Positions 1-8,198 of a stretch of DNA of 16,013 bases are shown here, piece after piece. The stretch is from Candidatus Methylomirabilota bacterium (GTDB lineage: Bacteria > Methylomirabilota > Methylomirabilia > Rokubacteriales > CSP1-6), in contig JBKPAK010000099.1 in NCBI GenBank assembly GCA_046726415.1, positions 1 to 16,013 on the forward strand, read 5' to 3'. The notes beneath the pieces were generated by a model. That model saw only the letters and a program-made list of their open reading frames with translations. It had not been told where the DNA came from and made no database searches. Each line of letters starts with the position of its first letter. Position 1 is the first letter of the stretch. The position numbers were made by a program, and so were the translations under genes.

Positions 1-54
1 CATACGAGATCTGACCGGCAGTCTCGTGGGCTCGGAGATGTGTATAAGAGACAG
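1..54 (+). other. Illumina Nextera adapter remnant (P7 tail + 10-nt i7 index + Read2 primer site + Tn5 mosaic end); sequencing artefact
   Basis: CATACGAGAT (1-10, 3' end of P7), CTGACCGGCA (11-20, index position), GTCTCGTGGGCTCGG (21-35) and AGATGTGTATAAGAGACAG (36-54, 19-bp mosaic end) match the standard Nextera adapter layout. Confidence 0.98.
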
Positions 55-56
55 AT

Positions 57-311
57 GGCAACCTGGACGTCCGCCTTCATGATCCTTCGAGACCGCGGCC
101 ACCGGCGCCGGCTCCTGGGGCTCCCGCGGCTTCCGCGCCACCGGGCACCGCCGAAGGCGGCGCCCCGCGCACACCTCCGGGCGGGCCGCCCCCGGCCGCG
201 CCGGGCACGCCGCCGACCGCCGAGACTCCCCCGGCGTCGCGGCGCCAGCTTCCGCCGAATCTCCTTCGCCGCCTTCCGACGGCGCCGCAGGGCAATGCGC
301 CTCAGCAGTAG
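57..311 (+). CDS. 3' fragment of a Pro/Ala-rich protein, probably a type II secretion component (GspC/GspN-like) upstream of gspD; 5'-truncated
   Basis: Open frame from the adapter junction: GNLDVRLHDPSRPRPPAPAPGAP...RRQLPPNLLRRLPTAPQGNAPQQ, TAG at 309-311, overlapping the gspD start by 17 nt. Product inferred only from position before gspD. Confidence 0.55.
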   Translation, partial: GNLDVRLHDPSRPRPPAPAPGAPAASAPPGTAEGGAPRTPPGGPPPAAPGTPPTAETPPASRRQLPPNLLRRLPTAPQGNAPQQ

Positions 312-2781
312 CCTGCGGTCCAGCCTCGCCATCCTCATCGTGGCGAACTTACTGGCGGGTTGCGCGACATCCCGACCCAAGCCAATGGAACCGCCGCCCA
401 CCTCCGTGTCGGTGTCGGTCGAGCCTGCCGCGCCCACGCCAAAGCCCCAAGCCCTCGCGCCCCCGACGGCGCCGCCCCCCGCATCGATCGGCCCACGGCC
501 CGCTGACGCGGCGCCCCAAGACGAGCCGCCTCCGCCCCCGCCGGCGGTGCCTCCGCCCCCGAAGCCCCCCGCGGCGCCGGCCAAAAGCGGGAGGAATATC
601 GTCCTCAATTTCGACAACGCCGACATCGAGACGGTGATCCAGGCGGCCAGTGAGATCGTCGGGTTTAACTACGTGCTGGCCCCGGACGTTCGCGGCAAGG
701 TCACGGTACAGACTGCCGGAAGAATCCCGCAGGAAGAGGTGTTCGGCGTTCTCCTGGCGATCCTGGAAGTCCACGGCTTCACGGCCATCAAGGCCGGGAA
801 CCTCTACAAGATCATGCGCATCGAGGGCGCGCGCGAGCGGGCGGTGCCTACTATCGTGGGCCCGACCAGCGATGCGAGCCGCGCCGACGACGAGGTCATC
901 ACGCAGATTGTTTCCGTGCGCTATGGGTCGGCCGTCGATCTCACCACCCTCCTGCGCCCCATGATCTCCGCGCGAGGCTCGCTGGCCGCCCACCGCGAGA
1001 CCAACGTGCTGATCATCACCGACACCGCCGCCAACATCAGGCGGCTGCTCGAGGTCGTCCGGTTGATCGACGTCGAAGTCGCTCTCGAGGAGCTGCAGAT
1101 CATTCCCATACGCTTCGCAGACGCCAACGACCTGGCCACCATTCTGAACCAGCTCTATCAGAGCGGGCGCGTTCGGCCGGGCGGAGCTCCCGGAGTGCCT
1201 GGAGCGCCCGGGGCCGCCGTCCCGGCCGCTCCTCCTCCGGCACCGGGCGCGCCCGCGCCGCCCCGGCCGCCCGGACCCGCCACGGCTGAAGCGACAGGCG
1301 CGGAGCGGGCGCCATTCATCATCGCCGAACGGCGCTCGAACTCTCTGGTGATCCACGCGCGCAAGCGCGATGCCGATGCCATTAAGCGGCTCATCGAGCA
1401 GCTCGATCAGAACATCTACAGCGGCCGTCGGGTCTTCATTTACTACGCCGAGAACGCGAAGTCGCGGGATCTGGCCACCACCCTGAATTCAATCTACGGC
1501 GCTCCCCAGACGTCGACGACGACGACCTCGACCACGCAACCCACGTCGACGTCGCCGTTCGGGCCGACGCCCGGCGGGCCGTCGAGTCCCTTCACGCCCG
1601 GGGGATCGCGTCTCTCTCCATCGGGTCCCGCGCCCACCGCCCCCAGCGGTCCCCCGGTCGTGGGTACCGGGATGGTGGCCGAGGCCGGGGTGCTCGAAGG
1701 TCAGGTCCGCTTCGTGTCGGACGAGACGACGAACTCCGTCATCGTCACCACCTACCCGCGCGCATGGGACGAGATCCAGGACACCATCAAGCAGCTGGAC
1801 CGGATGCCTCGCCAGGTCCTCATCGAGGTAATGGTGACCGAGGTGACCCTGAGCGACGACATGCGCCTGGGCATGGACTGGGCGATCCGCACCGGCAAGT
1901 TCACCATCGCGTCGCAGAGCATCGGCACCGGGCCGTTCTTGAATGTTCCCGACCCGATCTTCCCCCGTCCCGGCCGCCCGGATGGCGGGACGGCCGGGGA
2001 CGCCATGAGGAACCTAACCTCGCTCGTCCTGCCGGCCGGGGGACTCACCGCGATTGCCTTCTCGGCCGACCAGTTCTTCGCCATGATCACCGCGCTGGCC
2101 GCCGACAACCGCATCAACGTCATCTCGAATCCTCACATCCTCACGTCGGAGAACAAGAAGGCGGTCATCAACGTCTCCACGTCCATTCCCATCGTCACGA
2201 GCCAGCAGATTCCCTTCGGCACTGGGACGACGGCGGGTCAGGCGGCCATCGTGGGCACGCAGTCGGTGGAATACCGCGACACGGGCGTGGTCCTCACCGT
2301 CACCCCGCGCATCGGCGAGCGGGGCACGGTGGCCCTCGACGTGAAGCAGGAGGTCAACGACGTCGGCGAGCAGGTCCCGCCCACCAATTCGCTGTCGATC
2401 ATCAAGCGGGAAGCAGAATCATCGGTGGTGCTGCTCAACGCCCAGACGCTGGTCCTAGGAGGCCTGATCCGGGATCGGCGCGTCACCGTGAACCGCGGTA
2501 TCCCGTGGCTGAAGGACATCCCGATCCTCGGCTACATGTTCGGCTTCAAGAGTGACACTCTCCAAAAGACGGAGCTGCTGATCCTCATCACCCCACGGGT
2601 GGTGGGCACGGCGATGGACGCCGCCAGGATCACCGACGAGCTACGGCGCGCGTCGCCGAGCCTAGACGATGCGATCAAGAAGGCGCCGCGGCAACCGAAT
2701 ATTCTAGTCCCCCCCGGGGCCACAGTCCCCCCGATGGCTCCGCCCCCACCGACGGCTCCCCCCCCGCCACCGAGCCCCTGA
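295..2781 (+). CDS. gspD: Type II secretion system secretin GspD, lipoprotein type (828 aa)
   Basis: ATG at 295 begins a signal peptide ending in lipobox LAG-C (Cys23). N0 domain IVLNFDNADIETVI...VRGKVTV; repeated N domains (ETNVLIITD, RSNSLVIH, TTNSVIVT); secretin core QVLIEV...SNPHILT...YRDTGVVLTVTPRI...TLVLGGLI...IPWLKDIPILGYMF...ELLILITPRVV. The ORF-track start at 40 lies in the adapter. Confidence 0.95.
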   Translation: MRLSSSLRSSLAILIVANLLAGCATSRPKPMEPPPTSVSVSVEPAAPTPKPQALAPPTAPPPASIGPRPADAAPQDEPPPPPPAVPPPPKPPAAPAKSGRNIVLNFDNADIETVIQAASEIVGFNYVLAPDVRGKVTVQTAGRIPQEEVFGVLLAILEVHGFTAIKAGNLYKIMRIEGARERAVPTIVGPTSDASRADDEVITQIVSVRYGSAVDLTTLLRPMISARGSLAAHRETNVLIITDTAANIRRLLEVVRLIDVEVALEELQIIPIRFADANDLATILNQLYQSGRVRPGGAPGVPGAPGAAVPAAPPPAPGAPAPPRPPGPATAEATGAERAPFIIAERRSNSLVIHARKRDADAIKRLIEQLDQNIYSGRRVFIYYAENAKSRDLATTLNSIYGAPQTSTTTTSTTQPTSTSPFGPTPGGPSSPFTPGGSRLSPSGPAPTAPSGPPVVGTGMVAEAGVLEGQVRFVSDETTNSVIVTTYPRAWDEIQDTIKQLDRMPRQVLIEVMVTEVTLSDDMRLGMDWAIRTGKFTIASQSIGTGPFLNVPDPIFPRPGRPDGGTAGDAMRNLTSLVLPAGGLTAIAFSADQFFAMITALAADNRINVISNPHILTSENKKAVINVSTSIPIVTSQQIPFGTGTTAGQAAIVGTQSVEYRDTGVVLTVTPRIGERGTVALDVKQEVNDVGEQVPPTNSLSIIKREAESSVVLLNAQTLVLGGLIRDRRVTVNRGIPWLKDIPILGYMFGFKSDTLQKTELLILITPRVVGTAMDAARITDELRRASPSLDDAIKKAPRQPNILVPPGATVPPMAPPPPTAPPPPPSP

Positions 2782-2802
2782 ACCCCAGCGACCGCCCTCG
2801 CG

Positions 2803-3450
2803 TCAGCGAAAGAGCACCACAATCTCCCACACCCTGACGCCGAGCTTGGCCAGTGAGGGTGTGGCCGAAGACACGGTACCCGATCCCAGGATCTGGCGGC
2901 GCTCGCCGTCGGTCAGCTCGCCGAAGTCCTGGTCAGGGCCCAGGCGTACGAGCACGGTCTCGCCGAGCCGATAGTCGCCGCCCAATCGCCCACCCTCCCA
3001 GGACACGACCATGCCGCCCCCCTCTCTGCCGAAGCCGCGCAGCTGAAAGGGACGGCCGTTGAGCTTGGCCAAATCCTGCAGGGTCGTGCCGATGGTGATG
3101 CCGTCAGCGCTCCGCCAGCGCGTCTTGCCGCCCCCGATGATGATGCGCTCCGGTGTCGTAAAGTTCGGGTCACGCCACAAGATCTCCAGGGCGTCATGGG
3201 TCTTGCCGAGGACGACGGTGCCCAGGCGCCAGCCGCCGTCCGGCGCAGGCAGCGGACGGCGCTCGACGTGCTCCCCGCCGAAGATTCTCGCGAGATCGCT
3301 CTCGCTGGTGCGCGCGGTGATCGCGCCGACGCGCACGCCGGGCACGAACTCCCATTGGTTCGGCGGCACCGGTTCGGGCTTCCGAGGTGCGGCCAGCGTC
3401 ACATAGGGCAGCGCGAGGAGGGCGGCCACGAGCCAACTGCGCTTCCGCAT
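2803..3450 (-). CDS. Exported hypothetical protein (alternative start 3477)
   Basis: MRKRSWLVAALLALPYVTLAA is signal-peptide-like. The 215-aa globular-looking ORF fills the space between gspD and the btpA-family gene. TATAGT -10-like hexamer at 3489-3494 on the minus strand. Confidence 0.75.
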   Translation of the reverse strand: MRKRSWLVAALLALPYVTLAAPRKPEPVPPNQWEFVPGVRVGAITARTSESDLARIFGGEHVERRPLPAPDGGWRLGTVVLGKTHDALEILWRDPNFTTPERIIIGGGKTRWRSADGITIGTTLQDLAKLNGRPFQLRGFGREGGGMVVSWEGGRLGGDYRLGETVLVRLGPDQDFGELTDGERRQILGSGTVSSATPSLAKLGVRVWEIVVLFR

Positions 3451-3515
3451 GACGGCGAAGACGCCACCCGTCGTCATTGGCCGGGCTCACTATACCGTCC
3501 CCGTCAAGGCGTGAG

Positions 3516-3524
3516 TGTTACAAT
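3516..3524 (+). promoter_or_regulatory. Extended -10 promoter element (TGnTACAAT) for the btpA-family/GH3 operon
   Basis: TGTTACAAT, an AT-rich island in GC-rich DNA, 12 nt upstream of ATG 3537. Confidence 0.55.
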
Positions 3525-3536
3525 TCGCGTGAGCCC

Positions 3537-4316
3537 ATGCGAGTCTCGCGGACGCTGATCGGCATGGTGCACCTGGCGCCGTTGCCCGGGAGCTCGCGCT
3601 GGGGCGGCTCCATGGAGCGAGTTGCCGAGCACGCTCTTGCCGATGCCCGCGCCCTCGTCGAGGGCGGCATCGATGCCCTCCTCGTGGAAAATTTGGGCGA
3701 TGCGCCCTTTGCTCCGGGTCGCGCGGAGGCATCCACGGTCGCGGCGCTCAGTGTGGTCGCCGCCGCCCTGCACGCAGCCTATCCGGCCACGCCGCTGGGC
3801 ATCAACGTGCTCCGGAACGACGCTCGCTCTGCCCTCGCGGTCGCCTGCGCCACCGGGGCCACCTTCATTCGCGTCAACGTTCATGCAGGCGCCGTCGTCG
3901 CCGACCAGGGACTCCTCCAGGGCGATGCGTACGGTACTCTGCGCGAGCGTCGCCTGCTAGGCGCCGAGGTGGCGCTCTTCGCCGACGTGCGAACCAAGCA
4001 CGCGGCGCCGCTCGCCGCCGTCGATCTGGAGCACGAGGCCCGGGACCTCGTGGATCGCGGGCTCGCCGATGCCCTGATCGTGACCGGACAGTCGAGCGGT
4101 GAGGCAGCGGTCCTGTCGGACGTCAAGCGCGTGCGGGATGCCAGACCGGACACACCGCTCCTGGTGGGCAGTGGCGTCACCGCGGAGTCCGTGGCCGAAC
4201 TGCTGAGCGTCGCGGATGGCGTCATCGTGGGGACCTGGATCAAGCGGGATGGGCGCATCGGCAACCCGGTCGACCCGTCCCGCGTCCATCGCCTGGTGGA
4301 TGCTGCGCGCCGCTGA
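3537..4316 (+). CDS. BtpA/SgcQ family protein (TIM-barrel)
   Basis: Family motifs LIGMVHLAPLPGS, ALLVENLGDAPF, GINVLRND, FIRVNVH, FADVRTKH, ADALIVTG, LLVGSGVT, DGVIVGT. Confidence 0.92.
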   Translation: MRVSRTLIGMVHLAPLPGSSRWGGSMERVAEHALADARALVEGGIDALLVENLGDAPFAPGRAEASTVAALSVVAAALHAAYPATPLGINVLRNDARSALAVACATGATFIRVNVHAGAVVADQGLLQGDAYGTLRERRLLGAEVALFADVRTKHAAPLAAVDLEHEARDLVDRGLADALIVTGQSSGEAAVLSDVKRVRDARPDTPLLVGSGVTAESVAELLSVADGVIVGTWIKRDGRIGNPVDPSRVHRLVDAARR

Positions 4317-4322
4317 CTGCTC

Positions 4323-5501
4323 GTGAGTCGTGCGAGCGGCAAGGCGCGTCGGGCCATGGCCCTCGCCGCAGTGCTGCTGGCCGCCGCCAGTCAGACCGCG
4401 TTTTCCGGGTCCCGGAACTCGAAATCGATGCCCGAGCTCGATCTCGGCTCGCTTCTCCTCGTCGGGTTCTCGGGCACCGAGGTCTCTGGCAACCGAGAGC
4501 TGGAAGAGCTGTTGTGTGTGATGCGGGTCGGGGGCATCATCCTGTTCGCGCGGAACATCGCCGACGCCGAGCAGGTGGCTCGTCTGACGCGCGATGCTCG
4601 GGACGCGAGTCGCGCCTGTAGCGGCCGCGCTCTGCTCGTCGCCACCGACGCCGAGGGGGGTCAGGTCATGCGCCTGGGCCCGAACGCCGGCTACACACCC
4701 ACCCTCTCGCACCAAGACCTCGGCAGCGACAACGATCTCGCCATGACCGAGCTGGAGGCGCGCCGCATCGGCCGCATGCTCCGCGAGGCGGGCATCGGCT
4801 GGAATCTCGCCCCGGTGGTCGACGTCGGTTACAATCCGGCCAACCCGGTCATCGTCCGGCCAGCGCGGAGCTTCGGAGCCGGCCCCGTGCTGGTGACCGA
4901 CCACGCGCGCGCCTATATCCGGGGCATGCACGCCGAGGGGGTCCTCACCGCGCTCAAGCACTTTCCCGGCCACGGCTCGAGCTTTGCCGACTCGCACCTG
5001 GGCTTCGTCGATGTCACCGACACCGCCAGCCGCGATGTGGAGATGCTGCCGTATCGCACGCTGATCGCCGAGGGACGTGCCGACAGCGTCATGACCGCGC
5101 ACGTCTTCAACCGCCGCCTGGATCCCCGCTACCCGGCCACCCTCTCCCGCTCGACGATCCGGGGCCTCCTGCGCACGGAATTGCGCTTCCAGGGCGTGGT
5201 GGTGAGCGACGATCTCCGGATGGGAGCCATCGAGAAGCAGTGGGGGCTGGTCGACGCCGTCGTGATGGCGCTGCGGGCCGACCTCGACATGTTGCTGATT
5301 GGTGAGGATCGCCTGGCCGATGGGCATTCGGCCGCGGCCAAGGCCCTCGGGGCGCTCCGCGCCGCGCTCAGCGATCGACGGCTCGACGCCAAGCAGGTGG
5401 CGGCGGCGATCCAGCGGGTCCGAGCGCTGAGGGCGCGCGCGGCGGCCTTGGAGGCGCCGGCTCGACCCGCCGACGTATCGTCGGCGAGCGAGCCGCAATA
5501 G
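4323..5501 (+). CDS. nagZ: Glycoside hydrolase family 3 beta-N-acetylhexosaminidase (NagZ-like) with N-terminal signal peptide (alternative start 4356)
   Basis: GGIILFARN, DAEGGQVMR, NLAPVVD, KHFPGHGSSFADSH (NagZ signature with Asp-His dyad), MTAH and SDDLRMGAI (nucleophile Asp). Starts 6 nt after the btpA-family stop. Confidence 0.9.
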   Translation: MSRASGKARRAMALAAVLLAAASQTAFSGSRNSKSMPELDLGSLLLVGFSGTEVSGNRELEELLCVMRVGGIILFARNIADAEQVARLTRDARDASRACSGRALLVATDAEGGQVMRLGPNAGYTPTLSHQDLGSDNDLAMTELEARRIGRMLREAGIGWNLAPVVDVGYNPANPVIVRPARSFGAGPVLVTDHARAYIRGMHAEGVLTALKHFPGHGSSFADSHLGFVDVTDTASRDVEMLPYRTLIAEGRADSVMTAHVFNRRLDPRYPATLSRSTIRGLLRTELRFQGVVVSDDLRMGAIEKQWGLVDAVVMALRADLDMLLIGEDRLADGHSAAAKALGALRAALSDRRLDAKQVAAAIQRVRALRARAAALEAPARPADVSSASEPQ

Positions 5502-5508
5502 GGTGACG

Positions 5509-5595
5509 ATGGGGCCGCGCAATATCCCCCTGAGCCCCCCGCGCTCGCCGCATGCCGGGGACCCAGGCGTCCCTCGATTCTCGGAAAGACTCCTA
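5509..5595. repeat. Intergenic structured repeat, copy A (REP/MITE-like)
   Basis: Starts ATGGGG and ends CTCCTA. By manual alignment, 5535-5595 matches 11618-11680 at about 47 of 63 columns. Lies between convergent stop codons. Confidence 0.6.
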
Positions 5596-5640
5596 GCGCA
5601 CCGTACGAGTCTCGGAAAGACTCCTAGCGCACCATACAAG
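5579..5640. repeat. 31-bp tandem duplication overlapping the 3' end of the nucleoside hydrolase gene
   Basis: TCTCGGAAAGACTCCTAGCGCACCGTACGAG (5579-5609) and TCTCGGAAAGACTCCTAGCGCACCATACAAG (5610-5640), 29/31 identical. Confidence 0.95.
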
Positions 5641-6544
5641 CCCCGAGGCGCGCGAGGAATACCTCCAGAAAGGCCTCGGCCCGGACGCGCACGGCGATGC
5701 GGCAGTTGGCCGGACCGGCGGCCCTCCGCGTTTGCCCGTCTGGCCCGATGGTCAGGCGCACGGCCTCCCACTCGACGAATTCGCCGACGACGGCCCCCAC
5801 GGCGAGCGGATCGTGGAGGATCATCCCCGCCTCACCTCGCCCGACGTGCGCCGCAAAGGAGCGGGCTGTGAAGGCCGCAATCCGGTCGGCGAGATTCTGG
5901 GGGAGAGCGCGCAGGACGTCCTCCAGACGAGCGTGGGAGAGAACGACCTGACGCGTCGCATCGAGCGGGACCACGTCGATAGGCAGCCCCGCGGCGAGCA
6001 CCCGGGCAGCGGCCTCGGGGTCGACGTGGATGTTGAATTCCGCCGCCGGCGTGACGTTGCCGGGGACGTCCACCGCCCCGCCCATGACAACGACCCGGCC
6101 GACGGTTCGCAACGCCTCGGCATCGCGGCCGAGAGCGAGTGCGAGATTGGTGAGCGGGCCAAGGGCGACGATCGTGAGGCGCGCGCCGAGCCGGCGCGCC
6201 GCCTCTGCGATGACGTCAGTCGCGCTGGCCGGGGCGAGGCGCGCGGCGGGCGCTGGCCAGCCCGGCACATCGCCGAGGCCATCGTCACCGTGGTAGTGCG
6301 TGGCGGTCACCAGCGCGCGCGAGAGCGGGTACGCGGCCCCCGCGGCCACGGTGGGAATCGGCGTGGGTCGGCAGAGGCTGACGAGCCGCTGCGCGTTGAT
6401 CGTCGCCGCATCGAGGGGAACATTGCCGGCGACCGCGGTGAGAGCTTGCACGGTAATCTCGGGCGATCCCCAGGCCAGCAAGAGCGCCAGCGCGTCGTCC
6501 ACCCCTGGGTCAGTATCGATGAGGACTGGCTTCGCGTGCCCCAT
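5624..6544 (-). CDS. Inosine/uridine-preferring nucleoside hydrolase family protein
   Basis: N-terminal DTDPGVDD motif, [25 protein letters not shown]...[25 protein letters not shown]. Strong SD (GAGGAGG) upstream of ATG 6544. Confidence 0.95.
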   Translation of the reverse strand: MGHAKPVLIDTDPGVDDALALLLAWGSPEITVQALTAVAGNVPLDAATINAQRLVSLCRPTPIPTVAAGAAYPLSRALVTATHYHGDDGLGDVPGWPAPAARLAPASATDVIAEAARRLGARLTIVALGPLTNLALALGRDAEALRTVGRVVVMGGAVDVPGNVTPAAEFNIHVDPEAAARVLAAGLPIDVVPLDATRQVVLSHARLEDVLRALPQNLADRIAAFTARSFAAHVGRGEAGMILHDPLAVGAVVGEFVEWEAVRLTIGPDGQTRRAAGPANCRIAVRVRAEAFLEVFLARLGACMVR

Positions 6545-6567
6545 GAATCCCGCCTCCTCCTCGCGCC

Positions 6568-6590
6568 ATCGTAAGCGTGCATGGTAGGAT
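6568..6590. promoter_or_regulatory. Back-to-back -10 elements: TACGAT (minus, 6568-6573) for the hydrolase and TGgTAGGAT (plus, 6582-6590) for the selenoprotein
   Basis: TAnnnT hexamers on both strands of a 72-bp divergent intergenic region, each upstream of an SD-like purine run. Confidence 0.4.
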
Positions 6591-6616
6591 ACGCGGGACA
6601 TTCCCAGGGGGAAGCC

Positions 6617-6844
6617 ATGGACATCGAGATCCTGTACTGCGCCGAGTGAAACTACCTCCCACAGGCCTCCAGTTTGCAGGCCGCCATCAAGAGTCGCTAC
6701 GGCATCACCGCCACCCTTCGCATGGGAGCGGGCGGAATCTTCGAGGTGTTCATCGACGGGAAGAGTGTCTACTCGAATCAGACGACGTATCGCTTCCCGA
6801 CCGACGAGGAGATCTTCGAGCAGATCGACGCGGCTAAGCAGTAA
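6617..6844 (+). CDS. SelT/SelW/SelH (Rdx) family selenoprotein, 75 aa, Sec at TGA 6647-6649
   Basis: SD-like AGGGGGA, then [75 protein letters not shown]. It has the Rdx hallmarks I-x-YCxxU, GxFEV and RFP. The frame stays open 64 codons past the TGA. Confidence 0.93.
6664..6682 (+). promoter_or_regulatory. Putative bacterial SECIS hairpin
   Basis: GGCCT (6664-6668) pairs with AGGCC (6678-6682), with inner C-G and A-U pairs and an apical GUU loop (6672-6674) about 22 nt 3' of the UGA. This fits bacterial SECIS geometry with a G in the apical loop. Confidence 0.7.
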
Positions 6845-8138
6845 GGCTCCGCCCCATCTCTTCCCGAACCGACGCGGCCAGGCTTCGCTCGAGCTCGTCG
6901 CGGAACGCGGGGTGGGCGACGGCGAGCAGGGCAGCTGCCCGCTCGCTCGTCCCCCGTCCCCGCAGCCGAGCCGCCCCGTATTCCGTCACCACCGCGTCAA
7001 CGACGAAGCGCGGGGTGGTCACCGCCGATCCCCGCGCCAGTTGCGGCACGATCCGAGACACCGTCCCCTCTCGCCCGGTCGAAGGCAGGGCGATGATGCT
7101 CGCCCCGTCGCGCGAGCGCGAGGCTCCGAGGACGAAATCGAATTGGCCACCGATGCCCGCCACCTGACGCGGCCCGAGGCTTTCGGCGTTGACCTGGCCG
7201 GTCAGATCGATCTCCAGCGCGGAGTTGATGGACACGAAGCGGTCGAGCTGGGCGACGATGTCTGGGTCGTGGACGAAGGCCGAGGAATCCATGTTCACTG
7301 TGGGATTGTCGTGGACGAACTCGAAGAGCCGACGGGTGCCCATCGCTTCGGCGATGTCCATGCGGCCCCGGTGGAACGGCTTGCGCGCGCCGGTGACCAC
7401 CCCGCGCTCGAGGAGGGGCAGCACCGGATCGACGAGAAGTGAGTGGATGGCCAGGTCGCGATGATCGATGAGAGCCTCCAGCACGGCTTGGGGGATGGCC
7501 CCAACGCCCACCTGTACGGTGGCTCCGTCGGGAACCAGGCCGGCCACGTGGCGTGCGATGGCCCGCTCGACGTCGCCCACGGGCGATGCCGGATACGGGA
7601 TCAGCGGCTCGTCCACCTCCACCCAGGCGTCGATCTGGCTCCGGTGCAGAAAGGCGTTGCCCCGCGTGCGCGGCATATTCGGATTGACCTGAGCGACGAC
7701 GAGCGGCGCCTCGCGTGCGGCCGGAAGGGCGATCCCCGTGGAGACGCCTAAGCTCACATAGCCTCCGGCGTCGGGCGTCGAGGTGTGGACGAACACGCAG
7801 TCGGGAGCCCAGTATCCGGCCCGACCGAACTGCGCGATGAGCTCGAAATAGCGCAAGGGCGCGAACTCGACCCGGCCCTGACGGCGGGCCTCCTCCAGCC
7901 GCGGCGACATGTGCCAGGTGACATACCGAAGCGTCGCGTGCTCGGGGCGCACAAATGGATAGTTGCCCAGGTGAATGCCGCCCATCAAGGTGAGCCCGGT
8001 CAGGCGCTCCGCCTGCCGACACACTTCGCCGACGAGCGCGGCTGGTTCTCCACAGCCGGGTGGGAACAGCACGCGCATACCCGGCGCGAGGTGACCCACG
8101 GCCTCACTCAGCGAACACCTGACGAAGCCACGAGTCAT
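6834..8138 (-). CDS. Acetyl-CoA hydrolase/transferase family protein (4-hydroxybutyrate CoA-transferase-like)
   Basis: [102 protein letters not shown]. 3' end overlaps the convergent selenoprotein gene by 11 nt. Confidence 0.93.
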   Translation of the reverse strand: MTRGFVRCSLSEAVGHLAPGMRVLFPPGCGEPAALVGEVCRQAERLTGLTLMGGIHLGNYPFVRPEHATLRYVTWHMSPRLEEARRQGRVEFAPLRYFELIAQFGRAGYWAPDCVFVHTSTPDAGGYVSLGVSTGIALPAAREAPLVVAQVNPNMPRTRGNAFLHRSQIDAWVEVDEPLIPYPASPVGDVERAIARHVAGLVPDGATVQVGVGAIPQAVLEALIDHRDLAIHSLLVDPVLPLLERGVVTGARKPFHRGRMDIAEAMGTRRLFEFVHDNPTVNMDSSAFVHDPDIVAQLDRFVSINSALEIDLTGQVNAESLGPRQVAGIGGQFDFVLGASRSRDGASIIALPSTGREGTVSRIVPQLARGSAVTTPRFVVDAVVTEYGAARLRGRGTSERAAALLAVAHPAFRDELERSLAASVREEMGRSLTA

Positions 8139-8146
8139 GGGCGCGC

Positions 8147-8152
8147 ATTATA
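8147..8152 (-). promoter_or_regulatory. Consensus -10 (TATAAT) 8 nt upstream of the CoA-transferase ATG; likely leaderless or near-leaderless transcript
   Basis: Minus strand reads GGTATAATgcgcgcccATG with no SD. Confidence 0.65.
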
Positions 8153-8198
8153 CCGTCGGTTCCGCGCTACCATGGGGGGCCATGATCCACCGAACGCG

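Noticed and set aside
36-54. Tn5/IS50 mosaic end as a genuine transposon end
   Set aside because: It is embedded in Illumina P7/index/Read2 sequence at the contig end, and there is no transposase.
40-294. N-terminal 85 aa of the 913-aa ORF
   Set aside because: It starts in the adapter and is an Arg-rich off-frame reading of the upstream gene; the signal peptide begins at ATG 295.
5579-5640. CRISPR array
   Set aside because: Only two directly adjacent units, no spacers of CRISPR size and no cas genes.
6647-6649. Nonsense mutation / pseudogene
   Set aside because: The TGA falls exactly at the CxxU redox position and is followed by a SECIS-like hairpin and an intact frame.
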